From assembly GCA_040752415.1 (NCBI GenBank), contig JBFMGU010000049.1, positions 1 through 49,129 on the forward strand: a stretch of 49,129 nt of DNA, read 5' to 3'. The notes below the pieces were generated by a model that was not told where the DNA came from, ran no database searches, and saw only the letters and a program-made list of their open reading frames with translations. Positions within the stretch are counted from its first letter, which is position 1, and each line of letters opens with the position of its first letter. Source of the DNA: Myxococcota bacterium (GTDB lineage: Bacteria > Myxococcota > JACRCW01). This document shows, in pieces, positions 8,087 through 15,328 of the stretch. Position numbers and translations under genes: made by a program.

Positions 8087-10147
8087 ATGTTGACCCGTGT
8101 TCTTGAGACGCGCCCGGAGCCCGCTCCTCGCGGGGCGGCGCTGCTGGGAATCATTGAACGAGCATTCCTGCGCCTGGACCGGGTGCTGTCCGCGCTGATT
8201 CCGCGGGAGCACAACCCGCTGACTCAATCCGGCGCCATTGCCAACGTCAATTTCATCATTGCCGCCATCTCCGGCGCCATCCTGCTTCTCTGGTACGTGC
8301 CCAGCGTGACCCAGGCCCACAGTTCGCTGGAGGCCCTGCGGGAAGGCAGCTTCCTCGGTCAGCTCATGCGCAGCGTCCACCGTTACAGCTCGGACGCGTG
8401 CATGCTGTTCATCTTCATCCACGCCACGCGCATGGTCGGGGAGCGACGGTTCGGCGGGGCGCGCTGGTTGGCGTGGATCACCGGCGTGGTGGCGCTGACG
8501 GTGATGGGCCTGGTGGGTTGGCTCGGATACTGGCTGGTCTGGGACGAGCGTGCACGACTGGTGGCGGTGGGCTCCTCCCGCATGCTGGATGCATTGCCCA
8601 TCTTCTCGGAGCCCATCTCCCGCTCGTTCCTCGTCGACGCCACGGTCAACTCGCTCCTCTTCTTCGTGGTGTTCTTCGTCCACATGCTCATCCCGCTGGC
8701 CATGGCCATTGTCCTGTGGCTTCACATCACGCGGTTGAGCCGGCCTGGTTTCCTCACCACCAGAGTGATGACCATCTGGGTGCTCGTGGCGCTCGTGGTG
8801 GCCTCGGTGGTGCATCCCGCCACCAGCGCCCCGTCCGCCAGGATGCTGCAGCTCAATCACGCGGACACCATTGATGGTTGGTATCTGCTTCCGCTGCTCC
8901 TGACGGAGCGCCTGGAAGGCGGTGCCATGTGGGGCATTGCGCTGCTGGCCACCATGGCATTTCTCCCGGTGCCCTGGTTGCTTTCCCGACGTCGACCCAT
9001 GCCCGCGCAGGTGGAGACCAGCCACTGCAATGCGTGTGAGCAGTGTTTCAAGGACTGCCCCTACGCCGCCATCTCCATGGTGCCCCGCACGGACGGGCGA
9101 CGTTTCCCCCTCCAGGCGCTGGTGGACCCCGAGAAATGCGTGGGGTGTGGCATCTGTGCCGGCTCCTGCGACCCATCCGCCGTGAACCTTCCCTGGATGC
9201 CCACGCGCACGGTGCGCAACGACGTGGAACAGATGGTCCGCGCGCGCATGACCGAGGCGGAGACGCCGGGCGTGATGTTCCTGTGCTCAAGCTCGGCGGG
9301 AGCGCGCCTTCCCATCCACGAGGGTGGCCGATGCCCCGACCTGCCCGGCTGGCTGGTGGTTCCGCTGCCGTGCGCGGGCTGGCTGCATCCGCTCACCGTC
9401 GAGCGCGTGCTCAAGGCCGGCGCGCTGGGCGTGCTGGTGGTGCACTGTCCCGGGGAGGCGTGCAATTTCCGGGAAGGGCCCCGCTGGCTGGAACAGCGAG
9501 TCTCCGGCGAGCGCGAGCCCAGGTTGCGGACCACCAGGGTGGATGCCTCTCGGGTGGAGATGCTCGCGCTCGACGCGTCGCAACGGGAGGAGCTGGTGAC
9601 GCGGGCCGCGCTCCTCCGTGCGCATTGGGCGCCGCAGTCGGGCCAGGGACCACGGTCGCTGGCGCGCAACGTCGTCGGGGGAGCGGTGGTCATGGGCGCG
9701 GTGACCCTGGGTACGGTTGCCTTCAGTGAGCTGCCGCATCCTCCTCCTCCGCCGGAGGCTCCGCTCGTCGTCTCGTTCAAGCATCCGGGTCGCTCGGGTG
9801 AGAACTGCCGCACGCTCTCCGAGCAGGAGAAGGCCGCCATGCCGCCCCACATGCGTCGGGACGTGGTGTGTGAACGCGGTCGTGCGTCGGTGCGGATGCG
9901 CGTTCTCGTCGACGGGGCGGAGGTGCTGAGCCGCACGTACCCACCCAAGGGCCTGTTCTCCGACGGAGTCAGCATCGCCGTGGAGCGCGTGGATGTTCCT
10001 CCCGGGACGCACGTGGTGGGTGTGCAGCTGGGTGAGACGGGCGACCCGCAGGAGTGGACCTTCACCGCGCAGCAGAGCCTGACATTCGGGCCACGTGAGC
10101 GACACGCCGTCCTGTTCGAGCGCGCCGACGGCTTCCGCTTCGAGTGA
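8087..10147 (+). CDS. Cytochrome b/b6 - 2x[4Fe-4S] ferredoxin - MvhD/FlpD-like fusion protein
   Basis: Di-heme His pairs RSVHRY...FIHATR and FVHML...WLHIT; WITGV and GYWLVWD motifs; DGWY at the PEWY position; CNACEQCFKDCP and CVGCGICAGSC; MvhD-like FLC...LPCAG...GVLVVHC...ACNFREG; a late TM helix and C-terminal domain. Confidence 0.85.
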   Translation: MLTRVLETRPEPAPRGAALLGIIERAFLRLDRVLSALIPREHNPLTQSGAIANVNFIIAAISGAILLLWYVPSVTQAHSSLEALREGSFLGQLMRSVHRYSSDACMLFIFIHATRMVGERRFGGARWLAWITGVVALTVMGLVGWLGYWLVWDERARLVAVGSSRMLDALPIFSEPISRSFLVDATVNSLLFFVVFFVHMLIPLAMAIVLWLHITRLSRPGFLTTRVMTIWVLVALVVASVVHPATSAPSARMLQLNHADTIDGWYLLPLLLTERLEGGAMWGIALLATMAFLPVPWLLSRRRPMPAQVETSHCNACEQCFKDCPYAAISMVPRTDGRRFPLQALVDPEKCVGCGICAGSCDPSAVNLPWMPTRTVRNDVEQMVRARMTEAETPGVMFLCSSSAGARLPIHEGGRCPDLPGWLVVPLPCAGWLHPLTVERVLKAGALGVLVVHCPGEACNFREGPRWLEQRVSGEREPRLRTTRVDASRVEMLALDASQREELVTRAALLRAHWAPQSGQGPRSLARNVVGGAVVMGAVTLGTVAFSELPHPPPPPEAPLVVSFKHPGRSGENCRTLSEQEKAAMPPHMRRDVVCERGRASVRMRVLVDGAEVLSRTYPPKGLFSDGVSIAVERVDVPPGTHVVGVQLGETGDPQEWTFTAQQSLTFGPRERHAVLFERADGFRFE

Positions 10148-10338
10148 CGTCGTCAGGGGCTGCGCCATAACGAATGGGTGTGACTCCCATCCTGACGCCT
10201 TACCCGACGAGGGTCCTCCAGTAGCGCGGTGCGGCTCTCTCGGGGTGACGCTCTGAATCTGAAGTCCCTGCCAATGAGATTGGGTTTGGCTCTTTTGAAA
10301 CGACGCTTGGCCGCAGGCCTAAGCTAAGCACATCCGCA

Positions 10339-11063
10339 GGCCGGCAATGGTCAGCCCGGGCGGCGCCGTCTTGACGACATCAAACGGCACGCGATGCGCC
10401 GGACCGACCGGGGCATGACGAAGGAGAATGGCGCGCAATGTAGGGGCTGCCCGTTGCCGGTACGGCGTGAACGATGAAGGTGGCCGGCAATGGTCAGCCC
10501 CGGGCCCAGCGGTTCATGACGACGGAAACAGGCGTGCAACGTCGGCCCGGCGGTTCTTGACGACGGAGAATCGCCTGCAGTGTAGGGGCTGCCCGTTGCC
10601 GGTAACGCGTGAACGGTGAAGGTGGCCGGCAATGGTCAGCCCCGGGCCCAGCGGTTCATGACGACGGAAACAGGCGTGCAACGTCGGCCCAGCGGTTCAT
10701 GACGACGGAGAATGGCGCGCAATGTAGGGGCTGCCCGTTGCCGGTAACGCGTGAACGGTGAAGGTGGCCGGCAATGGTCAGCCCCGGGCCCAGCCGTTCA
10801 TGACGACGGAAAACGGCACGCGATGTACTGGAGCAGGTGGCTCCCGTCAGCGGAGAACTGGCACGAAGCGTCCGGGCTACCGGAGCGCGTTCTGCGTGAC
10901 CCGTAAGCTCCGGACGCAAGGGGGCCGGCTTGGTTGTCGTGGACCGGTTTTCCGTCGTCATGAACCGCTGGGCCCGGGGCTGACCATTGCCGGCCACCTT
11001 CACCGTTCACGCGTTACCGGCAACGGGCAGCCCCTACACTGCAGGCCATTTTCCGTCGTCATG
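10339..11063. repeat. REP/REPIN-like cluster: three tandem 142-bp units plus one inverted unit
   Basis: GTAGGGGCTGCCCGTTGCCGG...CCGGCAATGGTCAGCCCC hairpin units start at 10440, 10582 and 10724 (period 142). An inverted copy has its GTAG at 11034-11037, and a partial copy lies near 10339-10360. Confidence 0.9.
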
Positions 11064-11110
11064 AAGCGCTGGGACGACCATGAGGCCAATGCCTTGTCGG
11101 CGCGCTGTGG

Positions 11111-11182
11111 ACGCGCTCGACGCTGGCCAGGGCGGCGAGGGCCCGCCGCACTCCAGGTCTCGGCCCGCTCACGACGTCTGCA
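11111..11182. repeat. Dispersed ~72-bp REP-like element, copy 2
   Basis: Direct near-identical copy of 99-171. Confidence 0.8.
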
Positions 11183-11215
11183 AGCCCGATGAGCACCTTG
11201 TTCTGACGCAGCGCC

Positions 11216-11593
11216 TCAGGTTCCCAGGAACTCCGCCTCAAACTCCGCCAGCGTCTTGACCGGTTGGGAGAGTCGCACCTCCCAGCAACGGCACGTCACC
11301 ACCATCCAGCACGAGAGCCCCAGCCCCATCAGCGTCTCCACGATGGCCTGCAGGTGGTGCCCACGACATGCCGGACCCTCGAAACAGACCCCCAGCATCA
11401 CCCACCACACCGGCAACATCACCGCCAGCACACCCGCGGTCAGGCCGGACACGCCCATCAAGCCCCGCACCAGCAGGCGCAGGCACTGACGCAGCTTTTC
11501 ACGTCGGAGCTCGTGCGGGGTGACGATGCTGAGCGCCACCACGGGCGCGCTGGGGAGGGAACGGGCGGCGGGCGGAGCGCTCACGAGAATCAT
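11216..11593 (-). CDS. Small hypothetical membrane protein (about 2 TM, Cys/His loop)
   Basis: ATG 43 bp after the response-regulator stop; two hydrophobic stretches flank CFEGPACRGHH. Confidence 0.45.
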   Translation of the reverse strand: MILVSAPPAARSLPSAPVVALSIVTPHELRREKLRQCLRLLVRGLMGVSGLTAGVLAVMLPVWWVMLGVCFEGPACRGHHLQAIVETLMGLGLSCWMVVTCRCWEVRLSQPVKTLAEFEAEFLGT

Positions 11594-11636
11594 TGTGCCG
11601 CCCGCGATCACGAAACGCCACGGGTGAAACGGTGCG

Positions 11637-13028
11637 TCAATGTGAGAGCTCGGCCTCGTCGCGAATCTCCAGGCCCAGCCGCTTGACCATGCGATACAGC
11701 GCGGCCCGCGTGATGCCCGCCCTGCGCGCCGCGGCGCTGAGGTTCCCACCGGTGTCCGCCATCAGGCGCTCCACGAACCGGCGCTGGAAACGCTCCAACA
11801 CCTCGCGACGGGCCTCCTCGTACGTCAGGCCTTCCTCGGCGTCGGGGCTCCACCCCAGGTCGTCATCCTCCAGGCGGATGTCCTGCGGCCCAATCTCCTC
11901 TTCCGGGGCCATCACCGCCGCGCGCTCCATGACGTTCTGCAGCTCGCGCACGTTCCCGGGCCAATCATGGGTCAGGAGCAACCGCATGGCGCGCGGGGAC
12001 AGTCTCCTCGGCGGGAGGCCGCTGGACTCGGCCAGGCGCTCCAGGAACAGGTTGGCCAGCAGCGGGATGTCCTCCACGCGCTCGCGCAGCGGGGGCAGCG
12101 TGATTCGCACCACGCTGAGCCGGTAGTACAGGTCCTTGCGCATCACTCCCGACGTCAACAGGCGCTGCGGCTCCACATTGGTTGCCGCCACCACGCGCAC
12201 GTCCACCCGCACCGACGTGGTGGCGCCCACCGGCATGACCTCCCGTTCCTGCAGCGCGCGCAGCAGCTTGCCCTGCAGGGTGGGCGGCATGCTGGAAACC
12301 TCGTCGATGAACAGGGTTCCACCGTGCGCTTCCAGGAACAGGCCTTTCCGGTCCCGGTCCGCGCCCGTGTAGGAGCCCTTCTTGGCGCCAAAGAGCATGG
12401 CCTCCGCCAACGTCTCCGTGACGGCCGCGGCATTGAAGGCCACAAAGGGCTGCTCCCGACGAGGACTCTCGTTGTGGATGGCGCGCGCCACCAGCTCCTT
12501 GCCCGTTCCGCTCTCACCGCAGACCAGGACCGTGGCGTTGGTGGGCGCCACCTTGCGGATGGTCTCCATCACCGGCCACATGCGCCGGTCACGACTGCAG
12601 ATGCCCCGGAAGCAGTGTTTCTCCCGCACCTCCGCGCGCAGGCGGTGGATCTCCTCCTCCGCTTCCAGCTCCTTGATGATGTGCCTGGCCACCAACACCA
12701 GCTCGTCGTCATTGAAGGGCTTGGTGACGTAGTCGAACGCGCCTGCCTTCATGGCCTCCACCGCGGACTCCACCGTGCCGTACGCGGTGAGCAGGACCAC
12801 GCGGATGTCGGGCCAGCGCTCGCGCACCTGGTGGAGGAGCTGCACACCGCTCATGCCGGGCATGCGGATGTCGCTGAAGACGATGTCTGGGGGCGCGGCC
12901 TGGATCTTCTCCAGCGCCTCCTCGGCGGAGTGCGCCAGCAGCACGTCGTCGCTCACCTCGGAGAGGACCAGCGCGGCGCCCCGGGCCAGGTCCTTGTTGT
13001 CGTCGACCACGAGTATGCGCGGCTTCAT
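11637..13028 (-). CDS. Sigma-54-dependent response regulator (NtrC/AtoC family; REC-AAA+-Fis HTH)
   Basis: VVDD...FSDIRMP receiver; GESGTGKE Walker A; GSYTGA (GAFTGA variant); FIDEV Walker B; WPGNVRELQN; GNLSAAARRAGITRAALYR HTH. Confidence 0.96.
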   Translation of the reverse strand: MKPRILVVDDNKDLARGAALVLSEVSDDVLLAHSAEEALEKIQAAPPDIVFSDIRMPGMSGVQLLHQVRERWPDIRVVLLTAYGTVESAVEAMKAGAFDYVTKPFNDDELVLVARHIIKELEAEEEIHRLRAEVREKHCFRGICSRDRRMWPVMETIRKVAPTNATVLVCGESGTGKELVARAIHNESPRREQPFVAFNAAAVTETLAEAMLFGAKKGSYTGADRDRKGLFLEAHGGTLFIDEVSSMPPTLQGKLLRALQEREVMPVGATTSVRVDVRVVAATNVEPQRLLTSGVMRKDLYYRLSVVRITLPPLRERVEDIPLLANLFLERLAESSGLPPRRLSPRAMRLLLTHDWPGNVRELQNVMERAAVMAPEEEIGPQDIRLEDDDLGWSPDAEEGLTYEEARREVLERFQRRFVERLMADTGGNLSAAARRAGITRAALYRMVKRLGLEIRDEAELSH

Positions 13029-14992
13029 GTGTGGGCCTCCTGGGGTTTCGGTTGTGCGCCGAGGGGAACGGTGACGGTGAAGAGCGCTCCGCCTTCGGGA
13101 GCGTCGGTCACCACCAGGCTCCCGTCGTGCGCCTGGACGATGTCGCGCGCCACGGCGAGACCGAGTCCGGTGCCCTGCGCCTTGGTGGTGTGGAACGCGC
13201 TGAAGATCCTCTCCCGCTCGCTCTCGGGAACGCCGGGTCCCGTGTCCTGGACTTCAAAGCTGAGGTGCTGCGCGTCCCTGGCTCGTGCGCGGATGAAGAG
13301 CATTCCTCCGTCGGGCATGGCCTCGATGGCGTTGAGCCCCAGGTTCACCAGCACCTGCCGGAGCTGATCGGGATCGCCGAACATGTGCGCGTCGGTGGCG
13401 CCATCCAATGCCAATCTCATGTCCACGCGTGCGCGTTGCGCGTGACACTCCAGCGTGCGGAACACGTCGTCCAGCAGGTCACGCACGGCCAGGTCCCTGC
13501 GCTCGGGCGGACGTTGTCGCGCGTATTCCAGGAGGTCGCGGACGATCTTCTTGCACTGGTTGGCGTTGCGCATGACCGTGCCGAGGTAGTCGGCCAGCGT
13601 GTCCTCGACGGGAATGCGCTTGATGGCCTGCTGGGTGAAGAGCGCAATGGCGCCCAGCGGATTGTTGAGCTCATGGGCCAGGCTGGCCGCCAGCTTGCCC
13701 ACCACGGCCATGCGCTCCTCCTGCATGCGCCACGCTTGTTGCTGCAGTCGCTCGGTGACGTCGCGACCCACCATCACCACGCCGCGCAGCGCGCCCTGGG
13801 CGTCACACACGCGCGCGTACGTGGCCTCGAAGGAGCGACCGCCCAGGTTCAGGATGGGGTGCAGCTCATGGGGTCCGCAGTTCATCAGCTTGGCCAGCAG
13901 CCGGTTCCAGATGGCGGTGGAGTGGCACACGCGCAGGTCGCCGTGGTCCTGCGTGGGCCATGCACGCGCCGCAGCCTGGTTGCGCAACAGCACCTTTCCG
14001 TGCGGATCCACAAAGATGACGACGTCCGCCATGCAATCAATGATGGATTGCAGCTTGGCCTGTTCCGCCATCAACGCGGACCGCGCCGAGGAGAGCCCGT
14101 CGCGCTCCTGCCGCAATGCGCCGGCCAGCGTGTTCACGAAGGCGGCGCACGCCACGACGGTGGCGGTGACGCCCAGCCCCGCGGCCAGCAGGTGCAGTCC
14201 TTCCGAAACCATGCACACGTCGCCCAGGCCACGCACGCATGCGGGCGGCACCAGGCCGGTGGCCTCCACCAACGTGAGCAACACAATGAATGCTGCTTCC
14301 AACCCCACCACGACGTGGTTGTCGCGCGGCTCCAGCGCAATGGCGGTGATGACCGATTGGAACACGAAGAAGCCCGCGAACGGATTGGTCATGCCTCCCG
14401 CGTGGTGAAGCATCCACCCGAGGAGAAACACGTCCACCAGCATCTGCGTGGCCAGCGCGGTGGGTCGCGCCATGCGCTCCGACGCGAACAGGGACACGAG
14501 CGCGTTGAACGCAAAGAACGCCGCCACGCCGAGCCACAGCGGGAACACGGCCTCGTCCGCAACCCGCACCCGCCCCGTGGTTGCCACCACCACGACGGCA
14601 GCCACGGCAAGGACGGCAATCCAGCGCAGCGCGACGATCCATTCCACCAACCGCTGCTGCACCAGGGTGTGTGAGGACCCCTGGACGCCCACGACGGGAA
14701 TCGTCGACGACGGGTTGAGGCTGGCGCGCAGGCTCGGGACCCAACGCCACAGCAGGTAGACCATGGTGACGGCGGTGGCGCTGAGGGCGGTGGCCACGTC
14801 GCGCGCCTGCAGGAAGGTGGGCACCTGCTCGGGCGTGAGCCGGTCAAACAGCACCCGGTCCGTGATGACGTAGAGGAACTGCAGCGCGGCATAGGTGATG
14901 GCCCACAGCCCCAGGGCACCCGCCAGCGCTCGCACGGAGCGGGAGGGCGGGACTGTCACGTCGCGGGTCAAGGCGTCGCCAGATGCCGACAT
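13025..14992 (-). CDS. Membrane sensor histidine kinase with RegB/PrrB-like membrane domain and PAS-like domain
   Basis: Multiple TMs with LRWIAV and GGMTNPF; PAS-like segment; H-box LAHELNNPL; N/G boxes NLGLNAIEA, DTGPG, GTGLGL. 4-bp overlap with the regulator. Confidence 0.92.
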   Translation of the reverse strand: MSASGDALTRDVTVPPSRSVRALAGALGLWAITYAALQFLYVITDRVLFDRLTPEQVPTFLQARDVATALSATAVTMVYLLWRWVPSLRASLNPSSTIPVVGVQGSSHTLVQQRLVEWIVALRWIAVLAVAAVVVVATTGRVRVADEAVFPLWLGVAAFFAFNALVSLFASERMARPTALATQMLVDVFLLGWMLHHAGGMTNPFAGFFVFQSVITAIALEPRDNHVVVGLEAAFIVLLTLVEATGLVPPACVRGLGDVCMVSEGLHLLAAGLGVTATVVACAAFVNTLAGALRQERDGLSSARSALMAEQAKLQSIIDCMADVVIFVDPHGKVLLRNQAAARAWPTQDHGDLRVCHSTAIWNRLLAKLMNCGPHELHPILNLGGRSFEATYARVCDAQGALRGVVMVGRDVTERLQQQAWRMQEERMAVVGKLAASLAHELNNPLGAIALFTQQAIKRIPVEDTLADYLGTVMRNANQCKKIVRDLLEYARQRPPERRDLAVRDLLDDVFRTLECHAQRARVDMRLALDGATDAHMFGDPDQLRQVLVNLGLNAIEAMPDGGMLFIRARARDAQHLSFEVQDTGPGVPESERERIFSAFHTTKAQGTGLGLAVARDIVQAHDGSLVVTDAPEGGALFTVTVPLGAQPKPQEAHT

Positions 14993-15328
14993 CGCTGCGC
15001 AGAAGGTGCAGAGGGCGTGCCCACCGCCGTCGATGGTTTCGGCCGGAAATCGCGCAAACTGCCGTCAAACGAAGTGTCCGGGCGCAACCATTTCGGGACC
15101 CGCGGGCAGACGACCCCCGTCCACGGTTGCCCTCACGCCAGGGAAGACGAGGGGCACCACGCGGGGCGCGTTGGGCCCTGCTCGACTTCCGCAATGTCGG
15201 AAAAGAAGGCGCGGGGTGTGGCAAGCGCGGTCCGTGCTCCGCAGTGCCGGACGAGCCGGTTGCGATTGCCACCTCCCATTGCCGTCGAGCCCGGAACGGA
15301 ATTCACCGTTTCCAGACCCGACCTCGTA

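Noticed and set aside
5702..9025. 1107-aa minus-strand ORF
   Set aside because: Antisense shadow of the well-supported subunit I, SCO and cytochrome b genes; a common artefact in high-GC DNA.
10148..10338. Possible ncRNA or IS remnant after the cytochrome b fusion
   Set aside because: Only a short hairpin (ATGGG...CCCAT) and somewhat lower GC; no recognisable RNA family, terminal repeats or transposase fragment.
10339..11063. CRISPR array
   Set aside because: The sequences between repeats are themselves near-identical, the unit is 142 bp, one copy is inverted, and there are no cas genes.
10351..11192. Short ORFs within the REP cluster
   Set aside because: They are translations of the repeat unit on both strands, with no coding features.
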